Shown piece after piece: positions 25,151-43,080 of a stretch of 64,000 bases of DNA. Positions within the stretch are counted from its first letter, which is position 1. Each line of letters opens with the position of its first letter. The position numbers were made by a program, and so were the translations under genes. This DNA is from Eledone cirrhosa (lineage: Eukaryota): the NCBI GenBank assembly GCA_964016885.1, contig OZ024747.1:1798001-1862000 (forward strand), in the 5' to 3' direction. The notes under the pieces were generated by a model. It searched no databases. It worked only from the letters and a program-made list of their open reading frames with translations, and was not told the origin of the DNA.

Positions 25151-26589
25151 GGAACATCTTTTGACTGAGGTCTGTTTGCTGGATCAGTGATAACCTAGAA
25201 CTAAACTACATGGAAGGAAATGGTTGGTGATTTAGACATAGATACACTGCTTCTATAAAACAAATGGTTTGATCATGGCTAGAATACTTTTCAGGTAACA
25301 GAAGGGTGGTAACAGAAGGGTGGTAGATTGATAGAATCAGTAGTGGTTATCTTGGACATTTCTAATATGTCGATGGCAGTTTATATTTTGTACAATATAA
25401 GGAATATAAAATTAATGAAGAAAATTTCCAGTTTTATTATGACATTAATCATCTCGATACCAGCCTATCCTAAACTATCCCTGGTACTATGAAATAAGAC
25501 TACCTAGTTTAAAGGCTTCCAAATAAAATTAAATCTTCCAATGTAATTTTATATAAGAGCCTTTTGTTAAATTTCAAATGTCATATATCTATCATCATCA
25601 TCATATTTATCATTTCACGTCTGCTTTCCATGCTGGCATGGGTTGGACTGGTCATCAGCTGGCATGGGTTGGACTGGTCATCAAAGTTTCAGACTAGTTG
25701 GGGTGATCAACCACATTTTATATTTTGATATGGTCACTTTGGCTGGATGCTCTTCCTAATACCAGCCACTTTACAGAATGTACTAGGTGTATTTTATCAT
25801 GCCACCACCACCAGCAGGTGTTGCTGGACATTTTCTGTGAAACTGCTTTTGCCATTTTATCTGCAGGACCCAGCCGAAACACTTCTTGATTTAGGTGTTG
25901 AGTCTGTCACCCTCTCGCCTTTCTTTCTTCCATTGACTTATAGTCCTTGCCCTTTCCTATGTTTCCTCTCATTTAAGGCATTTATAGTTCTTTCCAATAC
26001 TGTTTTCTTTTTCTGTATGTTTGACTAAATACTAAATTCTTTATTATTTTAATGTAGTTTAATAAGAAAAGACAATTGTTCTTTGATCACTTGTATAGTA
26101 AATATAAAATTGATCTAGTTAGTTATATTCTATTTAAATAACCATGAAACACACTAGTTGACTATTCTACTGAAAATATCAGTATATGTTGCTGACAGAA
26201 TGTCTTTGACGAAGTCTAATGTTTGATTAATGATGAGAAATTCATATTATAACACTGAAACATTGCTTTTTATGCTGCAGACTTAAAGCTAAATACATTG
26301 GAGGTAATTTCTTAATGTATTTTGACAAGTAACTATATCTGTTTGTTCCAAGAGAGAATCATTTTGTTTGTGATGTATTTTTTAAAAGTTCCAAATTTAA
26401 AGATCGTATTTAGTTTATGTGCGACCAGTAGTTTCCTATGTCTTTCATAAAACATCATTTTATTTATTTTGTATTAATATATCTTTGTATCAATATACAC
26501 ATGAGTGTATGACTTTGATCATTTCTACTTCATAATACAAAATCAGAGGACATTCTTGGTTGTGTGTATGTAAGTATTTCTCTCTCACT

Positions 26590-26633
<44 letters not shown>

Positions 26634-26711
26634 TCTTTTACCTGTTCCAGCCATCCGGCTGAGAAAAAACCAAACAAAATGGAAGTGTTCAAATATAAGT
26701 GGTACTTATAT

Positions 26712-27027
26712 AATTGTTTCTACTATCGGCACAAGGCCAGCAATTACCCAGTGTATTACTGGTACTTTATTTTATCGACCCCATAGGGATGAAAGGCAAA
26801 GTTGACCTTGGCGGGATTTGAACGCAGACCATAAAGGGCCGTAACTCTATGCTGCAAAGCATGGCGTCCGATCCTCTACCGATACTGCCAATCCACCGCA
26901 CTTATATAATTGTTTCTACTATCGGCACAAGGCCAGCAATTACCCAGTGTATTACTGGTACTTTATTTTATCGACCCCGTAAGGATGAAAGGCATAGTTA
27001 ACCTCGGCGGGATTTGAACTCCACCGC
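26712..27027 (-). mobile_element. SINE family 1: full copy (26712-26899) plus tandem internally deleted copy (26911-27027)
   Basis: Reverse complement of 333-522. ACTTATATAAT occurs at 26704, 26900 and 27028. Confidence 0.9.
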
Positions 27028-27291
27028 ACTTATATAATGCCCCAACCATGGTTTCTGAAATCCAACATACAATATATATATTATATATATATCTTCATGA
27101 GGTTTCAAATATTGTCATTTGTTTTATAAATTGTGTTGTATCCTAATCTCTATTTAAATATTTGGTCACTTTAAGGACTATAGAAATTAAAATAATTACC
27201 CCTAAAAGAAAGATATTTTTTCTTGCTTTTTACTTTAAAAAAAATTATTTTACTGCTCAAAAAATCACAATCTATGGCACAGAGTACAACT

Positions 27292-27401
<110 letters not shown>

Positions 27402-28875
27402 AGAAAGCCGAGTCACAGTTGCTGGTGTTAGAAAGATAGATTTGTCAGGTGTCAAATAAGTGAACCAAGTGAGAGTATTTCTTCTGAGGTTCTCTTAGCC
27501 AAAATTTAGTTCAACAGGCCACTAGTTTCTGATTGGTCAAAATGACACATGTGATGATGATTCATCTAACATGATCATATGTTCTGTTTCATGAAGACAA
27601 ACATGGCTTGCAGTCTACCGGTCTGTGAGCCAAATTTTCTGATTGGCTAAAATATAATGTGACAATGGTGAGAATAACATGACTGTAGGAGTTTGTTACA
27701 AACTATTTTAACAAATAAACTAAAAAATATATATTTATGGTGGAGAGTCAGTGACAAAGGTCAACAGACAACATAAATCAAAGTAATTGGTAGGTTTCCA
27801 GTTTTAGTCATAATTTTATAGTTTAAATCAGTAAAAATATAATATCCTATAACCTTTTAAGTTGTTATGTATATATTTACCACATCACAACAATGGTGAA
27901 AGTTACTATGGCAAGTGCTGGTTTTCTTCTGTCACAGTCAGAACCTTAGCAAATTTTTGCCCATTGCTCTCCAAATAATAAGATAACACAAACAACTTTT
28001 TGAAAATCCCTTTCGATATATCCCATTTTAAAAATATACTAAAAACTTATGTTTAGACAATACTATAACTTATTTTATAGAATATTATTGTAAAGGTTTT
28101 CATCTTTACATGTTGTCTTTTCTTGTTATACGCTACAGCTGTACCCCCCACCCCCATCACAATTGTCTTTTCAGTGTTCAATATACTCATTCTGAAGACA
28201 TTGTTTAGATTCCTATCTTTTTCTTTTGATGAGAAATGTTGGATGATCAGCAGATGTCAAATGTCATGTGTAAAGGCTACTGATGTTTAGAAAGCATCAA
28301 TTGTCATGTCTAACTGGTTCTTGTCTATCAACGACAGTATTTGTCCTTTCAATTTACAATAGCTTCCACAGTCTTCTTGCACTGCATCTCTATAATTTCG
28401 TCAAGTATTTTACTGTTATTTTACTGTTATTTTCTAGTGTGTTTTTATTTTCTATTTAGAACTTGGTGGGTTTGTACACATGTAGAAATGTGTATTTTGT
28501 ACTGCACCTTGAAAATGCAGTGTCATCCTGGATATTCTATATAAATCTTAAAGCTACATTGTCAGCCATTAGCTGACAATATTTGATGTGTTCAAATGTT
28601 GTCAACTGTCCTAACAACAAATGGTGTTTTCATATTAGAACAGTTGATAAATGGAACAGACACTACAGTCAAACCTAATAAAAATTCTAGTAATTATTTT
28701 CAAACAAAACATACATAAACTTATATATTTTACATGTACTTAACTTAGTATTAACTTAGTATTACAGATTTTGTTTACAATGTTGAATCAATTAGATTAT
28801 TTTTCATAGTCAAAAACATGCATTATAGCCACCTTTACCTCTATGCTAAGTAAACTTAATCTTTTAAATATATAT

Positions 28876-29208
28876 ACATGGCTTAGTGGTTAGAGCATTG
28901 GGCTTGCAATCGAAAGGTTGTGAGTTCAATTCTCAGACCGAGTGATGTGTTGTTTCCTTGAGCAAGACACTTTATTTCACATTGCTCCAGTTTACTCAGC
29001 TGTAGAAATGAGATGATAGGGACTGGGGTTGCTATCATTCCACTGCAAAGTGGTCGTGGAGGTGCCACGGCATAAAAAGCACACAGCACTCACTGTAAAC
29101 GAGGTTGGTGTTAGGAAGGGCATCCAGCTGTAGAAATCAAGCCAGAATCAGTTCCCGTCCCACCCTTCCAAGCAGGGAAAAGCGGATGTAAAATGAAATG
29201 ATGATGAT
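28876..29208 (+). mobile_element. SINE family 2 (tRNA head, conserved-type core, RTE-like 3' tail)
   Basis: A box TGGCTTAGTGG, TTGCAA anticodon-like loop, B box GAGTTCAATTC, core CCTTGAGCAAGACACTTT, tail CCGTCCCACCCTT...GTAAAATGAAATGATGATG. Confidence 0.9.
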
Positions 29209-29671
29209 ATATATATATATATATATATATAGATATGTGTGTGGGGACATAGTGGAAGTCAGCTCATGTCTGGGTATGACCACTTCTTGTGTGTTTTCAA
29301 CAATGAAATTAGAACAAAAAGAGAAGAGTTGTGCTGAATTAATTCCTTGTTTTACGATAATTTCAGAAGGTTGATTGATCATGATAAATCAATATATTGA
29401 CAAATTGATAGTGGTTACACCAATACATATTACTATTCTCAATACTCTAGATCCATTTCATCATCTTCCTCTAGATATAAGTATACATATATATATATGG
29501 GTTAGACGAGTTGCCAACCTCCTTTACAGTAAGTACTGGGTGCTTTTTGAAATGACACCTACACAACCACTTTACAGTGTGGGCTGGAGGCTTCACTAGA
29601 TCAGCCTGTCCTCATTGGAGATGCATGTAAGAGAGAGATGGGGGTGGTACATACTATATGTATGGTTCAGC

Positions 29672-29730
<59 letters not shown>

Positions 29731-29732
<2 letters not shown>

Positions 29733-29855
29733 CGAAGGAAGTGTGGTAAGGAACCAGGTGGACCATAACGCACCAGAGTACTCGATACTATAGGTAGTAG
29801 AACTAGCTGTCAAAATGGCTGGAGCTCAGCCATCGGGGTCCTGACTCTTGTCCTA
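29731..29855. mobile_element. Family A element copy 3, diverged, with a different inversion point
   Basis: Tail (GTGGTAAGGAACCAGGTGGACCATAACGCACCAGAGTACTC) fused directly to the inverted arm ending TCCTAT. (TA)n on both sides. Confidence 0.75.
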
Positions 29856-30008
29856 TATATATATATCTATGTATATATATATATACATATATAAATATAT
29901 ACATACATATATACATATATAAATACATATATACATATATAAATATATACGTACATATATATATATATACATACATATATATATACATACATATACATAC
30001 ATATATAT

Positions 30009-30041
<33 letters not shown>

Positions 30042-30064
30042 CATACATATACATACATACATAC

Positions 30065-30095
<31 letters not shown>

Positions 30096-30204
30096 CATAC
30101 ATATACATACATACATATATAAATACATATATACATATATACATACATATATATATAAATACATATATATATATACATACATATACATACATACATACAT
30201 ATAC

Positions 30205-30238
<34 letters not shown>

Positions 30239-30406
30239 ACATATATATATATACATATATATATATACATATATATATATACATAGATATACATACATAT
30301 ATAAATAGATATACATACATATATAAATAGATATACATATATACATACATATATACATATATACATACATATATATATATATATACATACATATATATAT
30401 ACATAC

Positions 30407-30442
<36 letters not shown>

Positions 30443-30912
30443 TTATACATACATATATATATATATACATACATATATATATACATACATATATATATAT
30501 ATATACATACATATATATATACATACATATATATATACATACATATATATATATACATATATATATACATACATATATATATACATACATATATATATAC
30601 ATATATAAATATATACATATATATATATATACATACATATATACACATACATATATATATACACATACATATATATATATATACATACATATATATATAC
30701 ATACATATATATATATATATATACATACATATATATATACATACATATATATATATATATATACATACATATATATATATATATACATACATACACGTAT
30801 ATATATACATAAATATATATATACATACATACACGTATATATATACATACATATATATATATATATACATACATACACGTATATATATACATACATATAT
30901 ATATATATATAC

Positions 30913-30975
<63 letters not shown>

Positions 30976-31130
30976 CGTACATATATATATATATATATAT
31001 ATACATACATATATATATATACACGTATATATATACATACATATATATATATATATATACATACATATATATATATATACATACACGTATATATATACAT
31101 ACATATATATATATATATACATACATACAT

Positions 31131-31467
31131 GGAGGCACATGGCTTAGTGGTTAGAGCATTGGCCTTGCAATCGAAAGGTTGTGAGTTCAATTCTCAGACC
31201 GGGTGATGTGTTGTTTCCTTGAGCAAGACACTTTATTTCACATTGCTCCAGTTTACTCAGCTGTAGAAATGAGATGATAGGGACTGCGGTCCCTATCATT
31301 CCACTGCAAAGTGGTCGTGTAGGTGCCACGGAAAAAAAAAGCACCCAGCACTCACTGTAAATGAGGTTGGTGTTAGGAAGGGCATCCAGCTGTAGAAATC
31401 AAGCCAGTATCACTTCCCGTCCCACCCTTGCAAGCAGGGAAAAGCGGACGTAAAATGAAATGAAAAA
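31131..31467 (+). mobile_element. SINE family 2, full length, inside the TA array
   Basis: Starts GGAGGCACATGGCTTAGTGG. Near identical to 28876-29208 and 22082-22401. Confidence 0.92.
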
Positions 31468-31594
31468 ATATATATATATACATACATACACGTATATATA
31501 TACATACATATACATACATATATATACATACATACATATATACATACATATATATATATATACATACATACATATATATATGCATATATATATA

Positions 31595-31627
<33 letters not shown>

Positions 31628-31732
31628 ATATACATACATACATATATATATGCATATATATATATATACATATACATATACATATATACATATATATACA
31701 TACATACATATATATATGCATATATATATATA

Positions 31733-31765
<33 letters not shown>

Positions 31766-31825
31766 ATATACATATACATACATATATATATACATATATA
31801 TATATATACATACATATATATATAC

Positions 31826-31856
<31 letters not shown>

Positions 31857-31876
31857 CATATATACATATATATACA

Positions 31877-31908
<32 letters not shown>

Positions 31909-32031
31909 CATATACATATATACATATACATATATATATATACATATATATATATACATATATATATATACATATACATATATACATATACATATATATA
32001 TACATATATATATATATACATATATATATAC

Positions 32032-32076
<45 letters not shown>

Positions 32077-32077
32077 C

Positions 32078-32218
<141 letters not shown>

Positions 32219-32237
32219 AACATATATATATATAAAC

Positions 32238-32364
<127 letters not shown>

Positions 32365-32379
32365 CATATATATATATAC

Positions 32380-32410
<31 letters not shown>

Positions 32411-32445
32411 CATATACATATATATACATATATACATATATATAC

Positions 32446-32582
<137 letters not shown>

Positions 32583-32599
32583 CATATATATATATACAC

Positions 32600-32630
<31 letters not shown>

Positions 32631-32633
32631 CAC

Positions 32634-32680
<47 letters not shown>

Positions 32681-32721
32681 CATATATATATACATATATA
32701 TATATATACATATATATATAC

Positions 32722-32752
<31 letters not shown>

Positions 32753-32789
32753 CATATATACATATATATATACATATATATATACATAC

Positions 32790-32820
<31 letters not shown>

Positions 32821-32869
32821 CATATATACATATATATATACATATATATATACATACATATATATATAC

Positions 32870-32950
<81 letters not shown>

Positions 32951-32961
32951 CATATATATAC

Positions 32962-32992
<31 letters not shown>

Positions 32993-33003
32993 CATATATA
33001 TAC

Positions 33004-33034
<31 letters not shown>

Positions 33035-33107
33035 CATATATATATATACATATACATATATATATATATACATATATATTATATACATATATATATATTA
33101 CATATAC

Positions 33108-33154
<47 letters not shown>

Positions 33155-33161
33155 CATATAC

Positions 33162-33192
<31 letters not shown>

Positions 33193-33199
33193 CATATAC

Positions 33200-33230
<31 letters not shown>

Positions 33231-33283
33231 CATATACATATATATACATATACATATATATATATATACATATATATATATAC

Positions 33284-33346
<63 letters not shown>

Positions 33347-33357
33347 CATATATATAC

Positions 33358-33388
<31 letters not shown>

Positions 33389-33435
33389 CATATATATACA
33401 TATATATACATATATATATATATACATATATATAC

Positions 33436-33482
<47 letters not shown>

Positions 33483-33489
33483 CATATAC

Positions 33490-33536
<47 letters not shown>

Positions 33537-33548
33537 CATATACATATA

Positions 33549-33614
<66 letters not shown>

Positions 33615-33645
33615 CATATATATATATACATATATATATATATAC

Positions 33646-33720
<75 letters not shown>

Positions 33721-33721
33721 C

Positions 33722-33820
<99 letters not shown>

Positions 33821-33822
33821 AC

Positions 33823-33909
<87 letters not shown>

Positions 33910-34105
33910 CATACATATATATATATACATACATATATATATATACATATATATTATATATATACATATATATATATACATACATATATATATATACATA
34001 CATATATATACATATATATATATACATATATATATATACATATATATATATACATATATATATATACATATATATATATACATATATATACATATATATA
34101 TATAC

Positions 34106-34136
<31 letters not shown>

Positions 34137-34137
<1 letters not shown>

Positions 34138-34566
34138 TGTTATACTTTGGGAGGGCCATGTTGCCAATAAGAAACACACGCACCAGTTGCTTTCACTTCA
34201 ATTTAATTTAATATATATTTATAAATTTACAAATTATAAATTTCTGGTTGGTTGGTTGGTTCCACAACCAGATAGTTGTTTATATATATATAGTCATAGT
34301 TCTTTCGTCACACACTCTGTGACCTCTTCAGTGACTGGGGATTTCTTTCTTCGTTTCTGTGCCTTTCCTTTCTCTATCCTACGCCATTTTGTTTGTGTTG
34401 TGGGTTGCGTGCTCAGTTTGCGCATGCGCCACATCCGGGTGTCTGTGTGTGTTTGTGTCTGCGTGTGTTTCTTATTGGCAACATGGCCCTCCCAAAGTAT
34501 AACAATATCGGTTTCAACACACGATTTCAGATAAAGAATCTTGCTAAACAAATTCAGAAACGAAAT
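34137..34566. mobile_element. Family B Penelope-like element: ~320-bp pLTR on the minus strand plus a short tailed end on the plus strand
   Basis: Perfect 46-bp inverted arms 34137-34182 / 34460-34505, 61-bp one-sided tail, internal hammerhead. Inserted in (TA)n. Confidence 0.8.
34292..34336 (-). ncRNA. Minimal type I hammerhead ribozyme candidate
   Basis: AGUCA-CUGAAGA-G-GUCACA-GAGUG-UGUGAC-GAAA-GAACUA/UGACU. Stem I has 5 bp, stem II has 6 bp, both core boxes are intact, NUH is CUA. Stem III is only 2 bp. Confidence 0.75.
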
Positions 34567-34576
34567 ATATATATAC

Positions 34577-34607
<31 letters not shown>

Positions 34608-34671
34608 CATATATATATATATACATATATATATATACATATATATATATATACATATATATATACATACA

Positions 34672-34725
<54 letters not shown>

Positions 34726-34738
34726 CATATATATATAT

Positions 34739-34801
<63 letters not shown>

Positions 34802-34884
34802 CATATATATATACATATATATATATATACATATATATATACATATATATATACATATATATATATATACATATATATATATAC

Positions 34885-34917
<33 letters not shown>

Positions 34918-34930
34918 CATATATATATAC

Positions 34931-35050
<120 letters not shown>

Positions 35051-35262
35051 ATATATACACATATATATATATATACATATATATATATACATATACATAT
35101 ATATATATATACACATATATATATATACACATATATATATATATATACACATATATATATATATACACATATATATATATATACATATACATATATATAT
35201 ATATACACATATATATATATACACATATATATATATATATACACATATATATATATATACAC

Positions 35263-35327
<65 letters not shown>

Positions 35328-35392
35328 CATATATATATATACATATATATATACATATATATATACATATATATATATACATATATATATAC

Positions 35393-35425
<33 letters not shown>

Positions 35426-35478
35426 CATATATATATATACATATATATATATACATATATATATACATATATATATAC

Positions 35479-35565
<87 letters not shown>

Positions 35566-35580
35566 CATATATATATATAC

Positions 35581-35615
<35 letters not shown>

Positions 35616-35658
35616 CATATATATATACATATATATATATACATATATATATATATAC

Positions 35659-35691
<33 letters not shown>

Positions 35692-35692
35692 A

Positions 35693-35756
<64 letters not shown>

Positions 35757-35781
35757 CATATACATATATATATATATACAC

Positions 35782-35812
<31 letters not shown>

Positions 35813-35915
35813 ATATATACACATATATATATATACACATATATATATATATATCATATATATATATATATATACACATATATATATATATACACATATA
35901 TATATATATATACAC

Positions 35916-35946
<31 letters not shown>

Positions 35947-36041
35947 CATATATATATATATACATATATATATACATATATATATATACATATATATATA
36001 CATATATATATACATATATATATATATACATATATATATAC

Positions 36042-36089
<48 letters not shown>

Positions 36090-36128
36090 CATATATATAT
36101 ATACATATATATATACATATATATATAC

Positions 36129-36177
<49 letters not shown>

Positions 36178-36386
36178 CATATATATATATACATATATAT
36201 ATACATATATATATACATATATATATATACATATATATATATACATATATATATATACATATATATACATATATATATACATATATATATATACATATAT
36301 ATATATACATATATATACATATATATATATACATATATATATATACATATATATATACATATATATATACATATATATATATTTAC

Positions 36387-36487
<101 letters not shown>

Positions 36488-36518
36488 CATATATATATAC
36501 ATATATATATATATATAC

Positions 36519-36563
<45 letters not shown>

Positions 36564-36618
36564 CATATATATATATACATATATATATATACATATATAT
36601 ATACATATATATATATAC

Positions 36619-36727
<109 letters not shown>

Positions 36728-36736
36728 CATATATAC

Positions 36737-36783
<47 letters not shown>

Positions 36784-36812
36784 CATATATATATACATAT
36801 ATATATACATAC

Positions 36813-36861
<49 letters not shown>

Positions 36862-36876
36862 CATATATATATATAC

Positions 36877-36997
<121 letters not shown>

Positions 36998-37152
36998 CAT
37001 ACATATATATATATACATACATATATATATATACATACATATATATATATATACATATATATATATACATATATATATATACATATATATATATACATAT
37101 ATATATATACATATATATATATACATATATATATATACATATATATATATAC

Positions 37153-37183
<31 letters not shown>

Positions 37184-37267
37184 CATATATATATATACAT
37201 ATATATATATACATATATATATATACATATATATATATACACATTATATATATATACATATATATAC

Positions 37268-37316
<49 letters not shown>

Positions 37317-37347
37317 CATATATATATATATACATATATATATATGC

Positions 37348-37404
<57 letters not shown>

Positions 37405-37429
37405 CATATATATATATATATATAACATA

Positions 37430-37461
<32 letters not shown>

Positions 37462-37833
37462 CATATATATATATATACATATATACATATATATATATAT
37501 ACATATATACATATATATATATATACATATATACATATATATATATATACATATATATATTATATTCATATATATATATATACATATATACATATATATA
37601 TACATATATACATATATACATATATATATACATATATATATATATACATATATACATATATATATATATACATATATACATATATATATATATTCATATA
37701 TAATATATATACATATATACATATATATATACATATATACATATATACATATATATATACATATATACATATATACATATATATATATATATACATATAT
37801 ATACATATATATATATATATACATATATATACA

Positions 37834-37995
<162 letters not shown>

Positions 37996-38038
37996 CATAT
38001 ACATATATTATATATTATACACATATATATATATACAC

Positions 38039-38071
<33 letters not shown>

Positions 38072-38152
38072 CATATACATATATATATATATACACATAT
38101 ATATATATACACATATATATATATATATATACACATATATATATATATACAC

Positions 38153-38217
<65 letters not shown>

Positions 38218-38280
38218 CATATATATATATACATATATATATACATATATATATACATATATATATACATATATATATAC

Positions 38281-38313
<33 letters not shown>

Positions 38314-38448
38314 CATATATATATATACATATATATATATACATATATATACATATATATATACATATATATATATACATATATATATATACATATATAT
38401 ATATATACATATATATATACATATATATATACATATATATATATTTAC

Positions 38449-38533
<85 letters not shown>

Positions 38534-38534
38534 C

Positions 38535-38580
<46 letters not shown>

Positions 38581-38606
38581 ATATATACACATATATATAT
38601 ATACAC

Positions 38607-38654
<48 letters not shown>

Positions 38655-38680
38655 ATATATACACATATATATATATACAC

Positions 38681-38713
<33 letters not shown>

Positions 38714-38754
38714 CATATACATATATATATATATACACATATATATATATACAC

Positions 38755-38837
<83 letters not shown>

Positions 38838-38930
38838 CATATATATATATACATATATATATATACATATATATATACATATATATATACATATATATAT
38901 ATACATATATATATATACATATATATATAC

Positions 38931-38963
<33 letters not shown>

Positions 38964-39206
38964 CATATATATATATACATATATATATATACATATATAT
39001 ATATACATATATATATACATATATATATACATATATATATATACATATATATATATACATATATATATACATATATATATACATATATATATATACATAT
39101 ATATATACATATATATATACATATATATATATACATATATATATATACATATATATATACATATATATATATATATACATATATATATACATATATATAT
39201 ATATAC

Positions 39207-39237
<31 letters not shown>

Positions 39238-39250
39238 CATATATATATAC

Positions 39251-39281
<31 letters not shown>

Positions 39282-39294
39282 CATATATATATAC

Positions 39295-39361
<67 letters not shown>

Positions 39362-39436
39362 CATATATACATATATATACATATATATATATACATATTT
39401 ATATACATATATATATATATACATATATATATATAC

Positions 39437-39485
<49 letters not shown>

Positions 39486-39528
39486 CATATATATATATAC
39501 ATATATATATATACATATATATATATAC

Positions 39529-39579
<51 letters not shown>

Positions 39580-39594
39580 CATATATATATATAC

Positions 39595-39641
<47 letters not shown>

Positions 39642-39642
39642 C

Positions 39643-39707
<65 letters not shown>

Positions 39708-39708
39708 C

Positions 39709-39753
<45 letters not shown>

Positions 39754-39754
39754 C

Positions 39755-39785
<31 letters not shown>

Positions 39786-39800
39786 CATATATATATATAC

Positions 39801-39831
<31 letters not shown>

Positions 39832-39832
39832 C

Positions 39833-39863
<31 letters not shown>

Positions 39864-39876
39864 CATATATATATAC

Positions 39877-39923
<47 letters not shown>

Positions 39924-39924
39924 C

Positions 39925-39955
<31 letters not shown>

Positions 39956-39956
39956 C

Positions 39957-40041
<85 letters not shown>

Positions 40042-40053
40042 CATATATATACA

Positions 40054-40109
<56 letters not shown>

Positions 40110-40127
40110 CATATATATTTATACATA

Positions 40128-40159
<32 letters not shown>

Positions 40160-40287
40160 CATATATATATATACATATATACATATATATATATATACAT
40201 ATATACATATATATATATATACATATATACATATATATATATATACATATATACATATATATACATATATACATATATAATATATAC

Positions 40288-40352
<65 letters not shown>

Positions 40353-40383
40353 CATGTATATATATATACATATATATATATAC

Positions 40384-40416
<33 letters not shown>

Positions 40417-40429
40417 CATATATATATAC

Positions 40430-40476
<47 letters not shown>

Positions 40477-40487
40477 CATATATATAC

Positions 40488-40566
<79 letters not shown>

Positions 40567-40586
40567 CATATATATATATACATACA

Positions 40587-40652
<66 letters not shown>

Positions 40653-40697
40653 CATATATATATATACATATATATATATATACATATATATATATAC

Positions 40698-40728
<31 letters not shown>

Positions 40729-40743
40729 CATATATATATATAC

Positions 40744-40774
<31 letters not shown>

Positions 40775-40799
40775 CATATATATATACATATATATATAC

Positions 40800-40830
<31 letters not shown>

Positions 40831-40855
40831 CATATATATATACATATATATATAC

Positions 40856-40966
<111 letters not shown>

Positions 40967-41021
40967 CATATATATATACATATATATATACATATATATA
41001 TATATACATATATATATATAC

Positions 41022-41056
<35 letters not shown>

Positions 41057-41057
41057 C

Positions 41058-41120
<63 letters not shown>

Positions 41121-41124
41121 TATG

Positions 41125-41190
<66 letters not shown>

Positions 41191-41191
41191 C

Positions 41192-41224
<33 letters not shown>

Positions 41225-41305
41225 CATATATACATATATATATATATACATATATATATATACATATATATACATATATACATATATATATATATACATA
41301 TATAC

Positions 41306-41336
<31 letters not shown>

Positions 41337-41345
41337 CATATATAC

Positions 41346-41398
<53 letters not shown>

Positions 41399-41417
41399 CT
41401 ATATATTATATATATAC

Positions 41418-41528
<111 letters not shown>

Positions 41529-41532
41529 ACAT

Positions 41533-41566
<34 letters not shown>

Positions 41567-41646
41567 ATATACACATATATATATATATACACATATATAT
41601 ATATATACACATATATATATATATATATACACATATATATATATAT

Positions 41647-41715
<69 letters not shown>

Positions 41716-41806
41716 CATATATATATACATATATATATATATATACATATATATATACATATATATATATATATACATATATATATACATATATATATAT
41801 ATATAC

Positions 41807-41933
<127 letters not shown>

Positions 41934-42622
41934 CATATATATACATATATACATATATACATACATATATACATATATACATACATATATACATATATAC
42001 ATACATATATACATATATACATACATATATACATACACCCATAAAGAATTTAGTTGCACTTTCATAATGAAAAGAAAATATTTACACTCACATCTAGAAA
42101 TTGAGTTACACATGAATATTTAAAGGTAAAGATGGTTGTTCAATACAAAAGACACTTGAGAAATATATCAAACTGCTTTGTTCTCACATACTCAAAAGGG
42201 AAGTTACTTGTACTTGCATAAATAAAAACACCTACAATTGCAAATAAATATAAAAAAGAATTAAAAAAGAAACATATTTACACACATATGAAAAAAGAAA
42301 TACATCTGAAAAAATATATGAAAGAAAATGTTTACACTCTCTTGTAAAGAAGGGAAAAACATTTCTACAGATGTGAGTTTATGATTCAAGAAAGAAAAGA
42401 TAAATGTATCACTTATGTGAAGAAGGAAATGTATTTGCATATATCCACTAAAAAACGGGGATAGGTGGGTAATGTGTTTATATATATAGGCAAATATAAA
42501 ATGAATGATATTTAGGCATACTTATACAGCATGAAAAAATGATGAAATAATGTACTTTGAAATGTGCCTGCCTATTACATGAATGTATGTGTATACACAC
42601 ATTATATATATATATATATATA

Positions 42623-42752
42623 GTAATAATAATAAATTTGAAGACTAAAATCTAAAGAGGGCTCGATAAGGATAAATATATATCAAATATATATTCAGAA
42701 GATCCCATTAAGGGTGAAAGCAGCGATTCTTTGCTTAAACTTTAATCTGTTA

Positions 42753-42760
<8 letters not shown>
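42623..42760. mobile_element. Family C element copy with an intermediate inversion point
   Basis: Same tail start and same arm end (CTGTTATTTTAATA) as 20436-20669, with a different junction. (TA)n flanks. Confidence 0.8.
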
Positions 42761-42793
<33 letters not shown>

Positions 42794-43080
42794 TTGCTCG
42801 TTACAATACTATTTACACAATATCACAACTAAAGAATCCTCACAACTCATTTTTGGCATGGTTTCTACAGATGAAGGACCTTCTTAACAGCCACTTTACA
42901 GAGTGTACTGGGTGCATTTTATTGTGGCACCAGCACTAGGGAGGTTGTTGACAACTGCCTTGACTGAAGAGCCGTCTCTACCTTATGAAAGGTGGGGAAT
43001 ACGATGATGGGGAGGTAGGACTGAGGATAATTAAGATGTCATAGGTGGGATAAGGAAGGGAAGAGTACAAGTATGATGTT

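Noticed and set aside
28876-28950. tRNA-Ala(TGC)-like gene (also 31131-31200)
   Set aside because: Continues into SINE core and tail, has no proper acceptor stem, and is multi-copy.
34137-34505. MITE with 46-bp TIRs and TA TSD
   Set aside because: A 61-bp tail extends beyond one arm and is contiguous with the arm in the copy at 11481, so the ends are asymmetric. The internal hammerhead fits a Penelope-like pLTR better.
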